Positions 48,494 through 57,196 of a DNA stretch of 64,000 nucleotides are shown piece after piece (position 1 is the first letter of the stretch; each line of letters starts with the position of its first letter). Position numbers and translations under genes: made by a program. The DNA lies in the IMG/VR virus record IMGVR_UViG_3300043467_001216. One strand, written 5' to 3'. This DNA is from a virus (taxonomy: Duplodnaviria; Heunggongvirae; Uroviricota; Caudoviricetes). The notes under the pieces were generated by a model, which saw nothing but the letters and a program-made list of their open reading frames with translations, made no database searches and was not told the origin of the DNA.

Positions 48494-48867
48494 CATACGA
48501 TGAAATGAAAGAGTTTTTGGAGTCCATTGGTGGACTTGAAAATGGGTTTTTTACTGACAGACCCCCAATCACTGACCCACATTTTTTTGGTGTTAAGGAA
48601 GGTTGGTATCAATTAATCAAAGACTTGATTGTGGACCTAAATGAAATGGGTTGGGATAAACAGGTGATGCAAGTTAAAGAGAAATTTGGTGGGTTAAGAT
48701 TCTATGTGAATTCACATATTGAAAATGATGATTTACACAATAGAGTATTCAAAGCAGAAAAAGATAGTTATAAAATTTGTGAAGTATGTGGGGAACCTGG
48801 TAGAGTAAGAAATAACGGGTGGTATATGACCTTATGTTATTCACACAGAAGAGAAGGAGACGATTGA
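48490..48867 (+). CDS. hypothetical protein with a C-terminal Cys/His zinc-ribbon-like motif
   Basis: CEVCGEPGRVRNNGWYMTLCYSH. Confidence 0.4.
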   Translation: MTYDEMKEFLESIGGLENGFFTDRPPITDPHFFGVKEGWYQLIKDLIVDLNEMGWDKQVMQVKEKFGGLRFYVNSHIENDDLHNRVFKAEKDSYKICEVCGEPGRVRNNGWYMTLCYSHRREGDD

Positions 48868-49272
48868 ATGAAAAAGGTTAGTTTTGATTATGATGGAACA
48901 TTGGCATTACCCGCAGTGGAGGAGTTTGCTAAGGAGTTAGTGGACCAAGGTTATGATGTTTGGGTGGTCACTTCAAGAGTGGGTGATGACAATTTAGATA
49001 AGTCATTCCAACCTTGGAAATCACCTGATTGGAATAAAGATTTGTGGGACACTTGTTTAAATGTGGGTATACCTAAAAGTAAAGTTGTATTCACAAGTTT
49101 TGTGGATAAGATTGAATTTTTAAAAGGAAAGAATTATATTTTTCATTTAGATGATGATTTGTATGAGTTAACCGCAATTATGGAATCCAAAGATGGTTGT
49201 ATGCCATTGAATGTTGGTCACTCAGATTGGAAAAGAAATTGTTTAGAAGAATTAGAAAAACATAAAATATGA
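48868..49272 (+). CDS. HAD-superfamily hydrolase-like protein
   Basis: N-terminal motif I VSFDYDGTL. Confidence 0.45.
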   Translation: MKKVSFDYDGTLALPAVEEFAKELVDQGYDVWVVTSRVGDDNLDKSFQPWKSPDWNKDLWDTCLNVGIPKSKVVFTSFVDKIEFLKGKNYIFHLDDDLYELTAIMESKDGCMPLNVGHSDWKRNCLEELEKHKI

Positions 49273-49634
49273 AAAAAAACAGACGTAGAGCGGTCCACGC
49301 TGAGTTAATTAGAGAAAGTAGAGATAACCCAGGTTATTTCAGGTATAACATTACCATCAGGGAAAAAGATGGAATGGAACACATAGTTCCTGCTTATGGT
49401 AAAGATATGCAAGATGCGATTGAAAGATTGTTATGGAATGAACGTGTTGGTAAGGTAACCAAATCAAAAATAATGGCACCAAGTTTTGCTATATTATTAC
49501 TTGCCGTTGTTGCATTATCAGGTATGACGGGTGTAATCTACGACAATCCATTATGGGTTGCTGGTGGTCTTGGATTTTGTGGTGTTTCATTATTATTAAC
49601 ATCATTGGTGGATAAATATTTAAATAGAAAATAA
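49269..49634 (+). CDS. membrane protein
   Basis: Two C-terminal TM helices. Confidence 0.4.
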   Translation: MKKNRRRAVHAELIRESRDNPGYFRYNITIREKDGMEHIVPAYGKDMQDAIERLLWNERVGKVTKSKIMAPSFAILLLAVVALSGMTGVIYDNPLWVAGGLGFCGVSLLLTSLVDKYLNRK

Positions 49635-49635
49635 T

Positions 49636-49872
49636 ATGACAAGTAGAGATTTTGCGTTTTGGTTGCAAGGATTCTTTGAAGTTGCAAACCCAATTTCTAT
49701 CGGTTCAAAAGAAACTGAAATGATTAAGAGACATTTAAATCTTGTTTTCAAACACGAGATTGACCCGGCAATGGGTGATGAAAAACACCAACAAGTGTTG
49801 AATGAAATTCATACACCAAGTAAATGGCCGTCAACATTTTCAAATCCTGATAAAGAAATATTACGTTGTTGA
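49636..49872 (+). CDS. hypothetical protein
   Basis: ORF. Confidence 0.35.
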   Translation: MTSRDFAFWLQGFFEVANPISIGSKETEMIKRHLNLVFKHEIDPAMGDEKHQQVLNEIHTPSKWPSTFSNPDKEILRC

Positions 49873-49874
49873 TT

Positions 49875-50063
49875 ATGAGTGAATTTGAATTACCTAATTA
49901 TACTACATCAGAGTGTAGTGATGGACCTAAGTCAGGTGCTGTTGTATTAAAAGAGTTCGTTGTTCGATGGGATTACAATGGTGATGGTAGTATCACCGTA
50001 TCATTGAATAATAGTGACGATAAACTAATCCAAAGTTTGGAACATACAAAATCAAAAGTATGA
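49875..50063 (+). CDS. hypothetical protein
   Basis: ORF trimmed to the internal ATG. Confidence 0.3.
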   Translation: MSEFELPNYTTSECSDGPKSGAVVLKEFVVRWDYNGDGSITVSLNNSDDKLIQSLEHTKSKV

Positions 50064-50320
50064 GAATTGATTATTTAACGGAGAATTTTGAAGGTGAAGA
50101 TTTTTTGGTTGCGGATGGTTTTGACGATGCCATTATTGGTGTTGACGAAAATAGTATGAGAATTATATATTCTGTGACTAAATCCATTGAAATTTTAATG
50201 AAAGAAAATATGACATATGAAGAAGCTAATGAGTATTTTTACTTTAATGTTAGTGGTTCTTATGTTGGTGATAAGACACCGATTTGGTGTTACGATAATT
50301 GTTTAACAAACCAAAACTGA
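50060..50320 (+). CDS. hypothetical protein
   Basis: ORF. Confidence 0.35.
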   Translation: MRIDYLTENFEGEDFLVADGFDDAIIGVDENSMRIIYSVTKSIEILMKENMTYEEANEYFYFNVSGSYVGDKTPIWCYDNCLTNQN

Positions 50321-50480
50321 TATTATGTTAGAACTAGTAAAAATAAGTCACAACGCTGATAAAGCAACTGCGATTAGACTAATATCGCAAACATTGGAAA
50401 ATTATGGGTTAGTGGTTAAAGTCCACGAGATTAATGATGAAGAAACGGTATATTCAATTGATGTTTTAAAATAAAAAAGT

Positions 50481-50750
50481 ATGGGTATTTCAATTCACGT
50501 TGATTTAGATGAGGTTTACGACCAAATGGATTCTTGGGATAAAAAAGAAATGGTTAGTTTCCTTCGTCATGATGGTTATTTAACTGAGGAAAAAACACCT
50601 ATTAATGAAGGTGTTAGAATAGAAATACCATTGGATGCGACATTTGAACAGGAACAACATTTAAGGATGATTTCAAAGTTAGGTGGATTATTTTATCGTA
50701 TCAGTGATGAGGATATGGAAATAATTCGTAATATTGTAAAAAAGTATTAG
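50481..50750 (+). CDS. hypothetical protein
   Basis: ORF. A 49-aa unlisted ORF at 50326..50475 precedes it. Confidence 0.35.
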   Translation: MGISIHVDLDEVYDQMDSWDKKEMVSFLRHDGYLTEEKTPINEGVRIEIPLDATFEQEQHLRMISKLGGLFYRISDEDMEIIRNIVKKY

Positions 50751-50754
50751 TGTT

Positions 50755-50976
50755 ATGAAGAAAAAAGATTTCAAATTCAATACAAAAGAACGTAAGTCAG
50801 TTAACGCAGACTTAAATGATTTCTGTTATTTGGCAAAACCTCACGACTTCATTGAAGTTACTGATTGGTCCAATCTTGATGGTTATGATATCACATTAAA
50901 TGATAAACATATCTCATTAACAAGAGGTGAGTTGGATGCAATTAAAGCGTTAGTTAAAAAATTAAATAAATTATGA
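50755..50976 (+). CDS. hypothetical protein
   Basis: ORF. Confidence 0.35.
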   Translation: MKKKDFKFNTKERKSVNADLNDFCYLAKPHDFIEVTDWSNLDGYDITLNDKHISLTRGELDAIKALVKKLNKL

Positions 50977-51458
50977 ACTTATACGAAACATATCTTAATA
51001 CTAAATCATCAGGTTCAGTTGAAGATAGAATTGAGGTGATGAACGACATCATCAGACAAAATCCTAAGTTAATGGATTATATTGAAACCAAGATTGATTC
51101 CTGTTATGGGACTCACATTGTTTACTTGGTTAATATGAGGGTTAACGGTGAAGATATGTTGAAGATAGGTTATACCAAGAATTCTGTTGATGGTAGATTT
51201 GGTGAACATAGATATGCCGGTAGAGATAGTTTGGAGATTGTTGAGAAAATCCGAGAAGGTAAGTTACAAGCCAAAGGTGCGATTGAGTTTGAGAAATCAC
51301 TAAAAGAGAAGTTTAAAGACTTCAAAATCACGACTGATTTAACACTACCTGGTAAAGGTGAATTTTATGACATCGTATTCTATGATGAAATGATAAGGAT
51401 ATACGACGAAGAATATCCCAAATTTATAAATGTTATCGGTTTAAAGTCCCCTAATTAA
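50973..51458 (+). CDS. T5orf172/MUG113 (GIY-YIG-like) domain protein, second copy
   Basis: THIVYLVNMRVNGEDMLKIGYTKNSVDGRFGEH matches the T5orf172 signature. Confidence 0.45.
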   Translation: MNLYETYLNTKSSGSVEDRIEVMNDIIRQNPKLMDYIETKIDSCYGTHIVYLVNMRVNGEDMLKIGYTKNSVDGRFGEHRYAGRDSLEIVEKIREGKLQAKGAIEFEKSLKEKFKDFKITTDLTLPGKGEFYDIVFYDEMIRIYDEEYPKFINVIGLKSPN

Positions 51459-51479
51459 TGTTAGGGGATATTTATTTAT

Positions 51480-52028
51480 ATGAAAGTTATAATTACGGAA
51501 TCTAATTTAAAATATGTGATATTCAGATATTTTGATAATCAAAAAAGTAAAGGTCAACAACCTTATGTAAGTAGTAGACTGTATAAATTATTTAAAAGTG
51601 ATGAAGACACTTTGTTGGATTACTTATTTGATTACCTTGGTGGTAGAGACGGTGCTACTGAGGTTGCTAAAAAAATGTTAAAAGAATTACCTGATAGGAT
51701 TAAAATAAATGATGCACAATTTGAGGGTGAGTTTTATTATTCAATCTATGATGTAGGTAGTGAGATTAACCCATATGATGGTTATTTACCTGTGTTTATA
51801 GATTGTTATGGTGATGTTAATGGTGCTCCTGTATGGAATGATGATAATGGAGATTACGATTATATTGATACTACATTATATGATTGGTATTCGGAGTTGG
51901 ATATGACTGAAGGTTGGGAAGTAAAAGATACTTTTGTTTCAGATATTAATGGTCAATTTTTTGATTTGATAACACGATATACGGGTGTACCAATTAATGT
52001 TGAAGGATTCTCAGTAATTGATGGATAA
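51480..52028 (+). CDS. hypothetical protein
   Basis: ORF. Confidence 0.45.
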   Translation: MKVIITESNLKYVIFRYFDNQKSKGQQPYVSSRLYKLFKSDEDTLLDYLFDYLGGRDGATEVAKKMLKELPDRIKINDAQFEGEFYYSIYDVGSEINPYDGYLPVFIDCYGDVNGAPVWNDDNGDYDYIDTTLYDWYSELDMTEGWEVKDTFVSDINGQFFDLITRYTGVPINVEGFSVIDG

Positions 52029-52035
52029 AAAATAA

Positions 52036-52059
52036 ACCCCCTTAATTGGGGGTTTTTTG
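52036..52059. terminator. bidirectional terminator AAACCCCCTTAATTGGGGGTTTTTTG
   Basis: Between the 51480..52028 gene and the convergent 3D-domain gene. Confidence 0.75.
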
Positions 52060-52581
52060 TTATAGTTTACATAGAAGAATATCGTTGAATTTATATTGGG
52101 GAGTTCCTTCAGTTTCAAGGATGTCAATTCTATTAACATATCGTTTATTCATTGTGTCGGTTACTTTATACACACCTGATTTTTTACCAGCATTAGTAAT
52201 CAAAACCTCATCACCATAATCAAATTGACCTCCCCATCTTTTTAATAAGTTACGACTCATAGCAATCCATTTATGTTGACTTGCTTTCTTTGGGTTTATC
52301 TTATACATTCCCGCAGTTACCAATGGGTCCTTATCACATTGTTTGATTACCGGGTAATACATTGTTGCGGTTAAATGTTTCAAAACCTTTTTACTTTTCT
52401 TCAAGGTTTTAAACTGCATAGTTACCTCAACTGATTTAGGTTTCTCAACCTTAACAACTTTTTGTGTTTTGTGTTTTTCATTTAATTCCTTGGCTAAGTT
52501 CATCATATAGACTACATAGGAATGGTAATACATACCTAACACTAAAATAATTGCCGATTTAAAAAGTTCTTTCACATTCAT
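52060..52581 (-). CDS. 3D-domain cell-wall-binding/lytic protein (membrane-anchored)
   Basis: N-terminal TM helix. C-terminal 3D-domain-like block IAMSRNLLKRWGGQFDYGDEVLITNAGKKSGVYKVTDTMNKRYVNRIDIL. Confidence 0.5.
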   Translation of the reverse strand: MNVKELFKSAIILVLGMYYHSYVVYMMNLAKELNEKHKTQKVVKVEKPKSVEVTMQFKTLKKSKKVLKHLTATMYYPVIKQCDKDPLVTAGMYKINPKKASQHKWIAMSRNLLKRWGGQFDYGDEVLITNAGKKSGVYKVTDTMNKRYVNRIDILETEGTPQYKFNDILLCKL

Positions 52582-52676
52582 ACGTTTTATATTTAAGGGT
52601 TACGAATACGAAGATAGTTAATATTTAAAATTTGGGGGTCTTTTAATTTCCGAAATAAATTACTATAATTAGAGAT

Positions 52677-53063
52677 ATGAGTAGAGTTAATTTGATTGCA
52701 TCAACAGGGTTAATCTTCAATGAAGATAAGTCAATGGTATTAGGTGTGTCACGTAAAGACGATAAAACTAAATTTGGTTTACCTGGTGGTAAGGTTGATG
52801 AAGGTGAAACAATGTATGAAGCATTGGTTAGAGAGTTGAAAGAAGAAACAGGATTGGATGTTATTAAGGCGGTCCCGATATATTTCAGAGAAGATGGTAT
52901 ATACGTGACCGTGGTTTATTTGATTAGTGAATATTCAGGTGATATATATACAGAAGAGGCCGGTGTCGTTAAATGGGTTACATTTGAAGAATTGAAACAC
53001 GGGGCGTTCTCAGAATACAATACAATGTTGGAGGAACATTTGAAATTTATAAATTATATATGA
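52677..53063 (+). CDS. Nudix hydrolase
   Basis: Nudix box GLPGGKVDEGETMYEALVRELKEETGL (Gx5Ex7REUxEExGU). Confidence 0.75.
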   Translation: MSRVNLIASTGLIFNEDKSMVLGVSRKDDKTKFGLPGGKVDEGETMYEALVRELKEETGLDVIKAVPIYFREDGIYVTVVYLISEYSGDIYTEEAGVVKWVTFEELKHGAFSEYNTMLEEHLKFINYI

Positions 53064-53818
53064 ATATGAAGAAATTAATTTATTTTACATTAGGTAATAA
53101 TCCAAATTACTTAAAATTGGCTGATATGTGTATTAACAGTTTATATCATAATGGTTATGATGGTGATTTTTTATTTATAACTGACTTAAAGAATGAGATT
53201 TTAAACCAAATCAATTTTAAAACTCAACCTTATTTTTTAGAATTAAAAGAATCTTCATTGTTAGAATCGTCGGCGAATAAACTTAAAGTTTATTCATTTA
53301 ATAAAATAAATGAATATGATAAAATTATATTTTCAGATTTAGATATTTTATGGGTGTCGAACCCTGAAATAATTTTTAATCTTATTGATGAGGATAAATT
53401 TTATATGAGTAATGAAGAAGGGTTAATGACTGATGAATTATGGGGTGGTTTGTTGTTAACTGATACTGAAAAAATTGAAATTGACCAATTGAAAATTTTT
53501 GGGTTAAATTGTGGTCTATTTGCGTTTAATAACAAAATGATACCGTATTTAGAGCAGGTTGATTTATTTTTGAATAATAATTTAGAGTTACAAAATGTGT
53601 GTTTAGAACAACCATTTTTGAATGTTTATGTTTATCGTAATAATTTATATAATAATAAATTGAATGGTTTGGTTAGTCATAAAGGTTATCATTTTGTTAA
53701 TTCACCTTTAGATTTAATCAAATATGATGGTGTTGTTTTACATTTTGCAGGTGGTCCTGGTAATTATGATTTTAAATATGAAAAAATGTTGATTTATTTT
53801 AACGAATATTTTAAATAA
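53060..53818 (+). CDS. putative glycosyltransferase (GT-A fold, DxD)
   Basis: IIFSDLDILW DxD-type motif and GT8-like layout. By eye only. Confidence 0.5.
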   Translation: MNMKKLIYFTLGNNPNYLKLADMCINSLYHNGYDGDFLFITDLKNEILNQINFKTQPYFLELKESSLLESSANKLKVYSFNKINEYDKIIFSDLDILWVSNPEIIFNLIDEDKFYMSNEEGLMTDELWGGLLLTDTEKIEIDQLKIFGLNCGLFAFNNKMIPYLEQVDLFLNNNLELQNVCLEQPFLNVYVYRNNLYNNKLNGLVSHKGYHFVNSPLDLIKYDGVVLHFAGGPGNYDFKYEKMLIYFNEYFK

Positions 53819-53830
53819 ATAACGTGTTAT

Positions 53831-54031
53831 ATGTTGGTTGAGGGGGAATATAATTATGCTAAACTAATTACTATTGAAGGTGATGTTGTCGCGGTTGCGG
53901 TTATGGAAGTAGGTTCAGAGAATGAAGCTGGTGTTGTTAATTGGGCTTTAGATAATGATTTCACCTTAGTTAAGATTGACGAACAAGAGTTTTTGGATTT
54001 TGAAAGTGATTATGATATTGAACTTGAATAA
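53831..54031 (+). CDS. hypothetical acidic protein
   Basis: ORF. Confidence 0.3.
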   Translation: MLVEGEYNYAKLITIEGDVVAVAVMEVGSENEAGVVNWALDNDFTLVKIDEQEFLDFESDYDIELE

Positions 54032-54069
54032 AATTTTCACTCAGGTGTTGTGCATATCCAAAAGATAGT

Positions 54070-54077
54070 TATATTTG
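54070..54077 (+). promoter_or_regulatory. TATATTTG -7-like promoter element driving the ORF-free ncRNA candidate
   Basis: TAnnTTTG followed by an ORF-free 220-nt region and a terminator. Confidence 0.4.
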
Positions 54078-54084
54078 TAGTGTG

Positions 54085-54307
54085 TGAGTGTCACACAGGA
54101 TGTCAGAACTCCTAACTTACAATCTGACCATTAAGTATCAGGTGAGATGATACGGGTTGATTACCCCAACTTAGTAAGTGAAACCATCAGGATGTCAGAA
54201 CTCCTAGTTCACAATCTGACCACTAAGAATCGGGTGAGGCGGTTCGGGTTAAACACCTCAATCCAAAGGATGAAATTTAAACCCCCAAGTACATTGGGGG
54301 TTTTTTG
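54085..54307 (+). ncRNA. candidate structured ncRNA with its own promoter and terminator, containing two tandem ~70-nt homologous units
   Basis: No ORF. A TATATTTG -7 motif sits at 54070-54077. A 5' hairpin GTGTGA-gtg-TCACAC opens the transcript. Units at 54096-54166 and 54188-54258 share AGGATGTCAGAACTCCTA..ACAATCTGACCA.TAAG.ATC.GGTGAG..CGGGTT.A..ACC. Each unit forms GTCAGA/TCTGAC and GGTG/CACC helices. An intrinsic terminator lies at 54279-54307. Confidence 0.5.
54279..54307 (+). terminator. intrinsic terminator AAACCCCCAAGTACATTGGGGGTTTTTTG ending the ncRNA candidate
   Basis: Stem plus a T-run. Confidence 0.8.
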
Positions 54308-54328
54308 TTTTATCTAATATTTATTGAT

Positions 54329-54805
54329 ATGAAAATAATATTAACTGAGAATAAGTTAGATAAAATAATTGAAAAATATGGTATAGTTAAAACCATTAGA
54401 AATATTGGTGGGTATAAAAATTTTGATAAAATATACCCTGATTATTTTTATTCAGGTGATACATCACAATGGGATAGAGAACGTGTTATTAATTTTTTAA
54501 ATGAATGTGTTGAGGTTAATAACAGAATAGAAAATGAATCAAGTATTTATCTTCACGACTATTGGGAAGATATCTTATATCAAAGTTGGAGTGATTATAA
54601 TGAAGATGCTGGTAGAGAGTTTCAGTATGAATCTAGAATAATGTCTATTAGTACTGATTTTGCACATACTGAAGTGTGGCAATATGATGAGGAAGGTGAA
54701 ATGTTTGATGAAGCTTACGATTATAATGATATACCTTTGAATAGATTGGAAACTAGGTTTTTAAGTAAAATATTTGGGCAACTTTGGGGGGTATTTAAAT
54801 TATGA
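54329..54805 (+). CDS. hypothetical protein
   Basis: ORF trimmed to the ATG downstream of the terminator at 54279-54307. Confidence 0.4.
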   Translation: MKIILTENKLDKIIEKYGIVKTIRNIGGYKNFDKIYPDYFYSGDTSQWDRERVINFLNECVEVNNRIENESSIYLHDYWEDILYQSWSDYNEDAGREFQYESRIMSISTDFAHTEVWQYDEEGEMFDEAYDYNDIPLNRLETRFLSKIFGQLWGVFKL

Positions 54806-55278
54806 AGTTATTAAAATTATTATCGACATTAATTACTGAGAGTAGGTTATTTGACAGATTTGTTGTCAACGGTCTTGTTGTTGATGTAACCAGCACTCGT
54901 GAGTCTGATGTTGCGGTAATGGATAATACAACATTCGGTAGAGTTCCCAAAGAAGAAATATTAGAATCAATGAGAGATATCATTGAAGTTATTGTAACAC
55001 AAGGATTGGTGGTATTAGATACTTGTGAAAGAAGATGTGGTTTATTAGTAAGTGATTATTCAATGGGGTTCGATTACCAACTTTGGGTAACATTGAAGAC
55101 TAATAAATTAGAATTGAAAATTAACACATCAATCAAACATCCAAAACAATTATTTAACGATAAACACAAAACAAGACGTGTTATCGTAACTAGAGACGGT
55201 GAGACCGTTATCAGAGAATCATTAGAACATTATCGTTCAGTTAAAATCGGAAAAAAAATCGTTTATTTTATAGACTAA
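54802..55278 (+). CDS. hypothetical protein
   Basis: ORF. Confidence 0.4.
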   Translation: MKLLKLLSTLITESRLFDRFVVNGLVVDVTSTRESDVAVMDNTTFGRVPKEEILESMRDIIEVIVTQGLVVLDTCERRCGLLVSDYSMGFDYQLWVTLKTNKLELKINTSIKHPKQLFNDKHKTRRVIVTRDGETVIRESLEHYRSVKIGKKIVYFID

Positions 55279-55337
55279 ATCGTAAATTATCTATAACTTT
55301 AGTCATAAAAGAAATTTTAGATTAAATACTAACGATT

Positions 55338-55535
55338 ATGAATAAGCATAGAATTAACATTATCAACAAACAGAGTAGTAGGTTGATACATAAGAACCAC
55401 TTAGATAGTTGTTTAGAACATTTATCAATCGCTCACTTTCACTTATCAAAACATCTTAAAGGTAAGAATGATATGGGGTTATTGACTAACATATTGAACT
55501 CATCTTTTGAGATAAAAAAACATTTAAAACGATGA
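55338..55535 (+). CDS. hypothetical protein
   Basis: ORF. Confidence 0.3.
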   Translation: MNKHRINIINKQSSRLIHKNHLDSCLEHLSIAHFHLSKHLKGKNDMGLLTNILNSSFEIKKHLKR

Positions 55536-55958
55536 ATGGATAAAAAGATTGGATTTACGTGTTCCTGTTTTGATTTATTTCATGCGGGACATATTATGAT
55601 GCTTAAAGAAGCTAAAAGTGTTTGTGATTACTTAATAGTTGGTTTACAGAGTGACCCCACGTTAGACAGACCTGAGAAGAATAAACCTGTTCAAAGTATA
55701 GTTGAAAGATTTATTCAATTGGATGCTTGTAAGTATGTTGATGAGATTGTGGTTTATGCGACAGAAAAAGATTTAATGGACGTATTGTTATCGTATCCAA
55801 TCAATGTTAGGATTGTTGGGGATGAATACGCTGAAGTTAATTTTACAGGTAAAAACTTACAACATATTGAAATTTATTATAATACAAGACGACATTCATT
55901 TTCAACAACAGAATTAAGAAAACGAGTAATTGAATTATCAAATGGACAAAGTAAGTGA
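55536..55958 (+). CDS. HxGH-motif nucleotidyltransferase (cytidylyltransferase/NMNAT-like)
   Basis: GFTCSCFDLFHAGHIMMLKEAK matches the (T/H)xGH nucleotidyltransferase motif of TagD/RfaE-II/NadM-like enzymes. Confidence 0.6.
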   Translation: MDKKIGFTCSCFDLFHAGHIMMLKEAKSVCDYLIVGLQSDPTLDRPEKNKPVQSIVERFIQLDACKYVDEIVVYATEKDLMDVLLSYPINVRIVGDEYAEVNFTGKNLQHIEIYYNTRRHSFSTTELRKRVIELSNGQSK

Positions 55959-56478
55959 TATATTGGTTAAACAATTTTCCTTGTCGGATGAGTTTAAAGA
56001 TTACATTCAAGATAATATTAATAATTCAGGTTGTTCTAACATTGAATTTTTAGAATTTAATAATGGTTTGTTTGGTGTTTCATTACACGATGGTATAATA
56101 CTAAATGATACGTTGTTAAAATATCCATTATCGTTATGTATTTTCATAATACTACACGAATTAACACACCAATTACAATTTAATAAATATGGTGTTGACA
56201 AGATGTATCTTTATTTAAATGATGTGAGTGATGATGAGGTTAGTGAATTCATTTTAAAACAAGAAATCGTTGCTGATAGATTGGCATCACTGAAAATACG
56301 TCAATTACAAAAGAAAGGTTTAATTAGTAAAGATTTTACACCAATACAGATTCATAAAAAGGTCGACCCAAAACTCTTTAAACAAAAGATTGTAAATTAT
56401 AGAAACCTGATGAGAGAACAAAACGTTAGAACACCTGACGATGTTAGTTGTTTTTTTAAATCATTAATATTATATTAG
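55942..56478 (+). CDS. putative HEXXH zinc metallopeptidase-like protein
   Basis: IILHELTHQLQ (HExxH). Confidence 0.45.
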   Translation: MDKVSDILVKQFSLSDEFKDYIQDNINNSGCSNIEFLEFNNGLFGVSLHDGIILNDTLLKYPLSLCIFIILHELTHQLQFNKYGVDKMYLYLNDVSDDEVSEFILKQEIVADRLASLKIRQLQKKGLISKDFTPIQIHKKVDPKLFKQKIVNYRNLMREQNVRTPDDVSCFFKSLILY

Positions 56479-56482
56479 TAAA

Positions 56483-57196
56483 ATGAAAAAGAAAATTGTT
56501 GTATTCACAGGTGCTGGTGTTTCAAGAGAAAGTGGTGTCTTGACATTTAGAGATAGTGTGGATGGGTTATGGGAGAATCATAGTATTGATGATGTTTGTA
56601 CACCTTCAGGATGGAAAAAAGACCGTGAGAAGGTTTTGAATTTTTATAACGATAGACGAAGACAATTACCTACGGTTGAACCTAACTCAGCCCACACAGG
56701 TTTGGTTAAGTTAGAGGACAAATATGACGTAACAATCGTTACCCAAAATGTTGATGACCTACACGAAAGAGCGGGTTCATCTAAGATATTACATTTACAC
56801 GGTGAGTTGACTAAAGCCAGAGGTGCGATGTATAGTCATAAGACAAGTCCATTGGATAATATCGTGGTGATTGGTTATAATGATATTAACATTGGTGATA
56901 AGTGTGAGATAACAGGTTCACAGTTGAGACCCCACATTGTTTGGTTTGAAGAGATGCCATTCAACGTCGAGGAAAGTTATGACGCAATAACCGAATCTGA
57001 TGTGTTAATCATTATCGGAACTAGTTTGATGATTGGTTACACATTAAATCTATTATCAAGTGTTAGTGATGAGTGTAAGATTTATTATATTGACCCCCAA
57101 CCAAGTAGGTATTTGGACCATTTAGGTAAAGATATTACTTACATTGAGAAACCGGCAACGGAAGGTGTTGAATTAATTTTAAATGAATTGTTATGA
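56483..57196 (+). CDS. Sir2-family (sirtuin-like) NAD-dependent protein
   Basis: VVFTGAGVSRESGVLTFRD, QNVDDLHERAG and HLHG Sir2 blocks. No obvious Zn-ribbon Cys tetrad. Confidence 0.75.
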   Translation: MKKKIVVFTGAGVSRESGVLTFRDSVDGLWENHSIDDVCTPSGWKKDREKVLNFYNDRRRQLPTVEPNSAHTGLVKLEDKYDVTIVTQNVDDLHERAGSSKILHLHGELTKARGAMYSHKTSPLDNIVVIGYNDINIGDKCEITGSQLRPHIVWFEEMPFNVEESYDAITESDVLIIIGTSLMIGYTLNLLSSVSDECKIYYIDPQPSRYLDHLGKDITYIEKPATEGVELILNELL

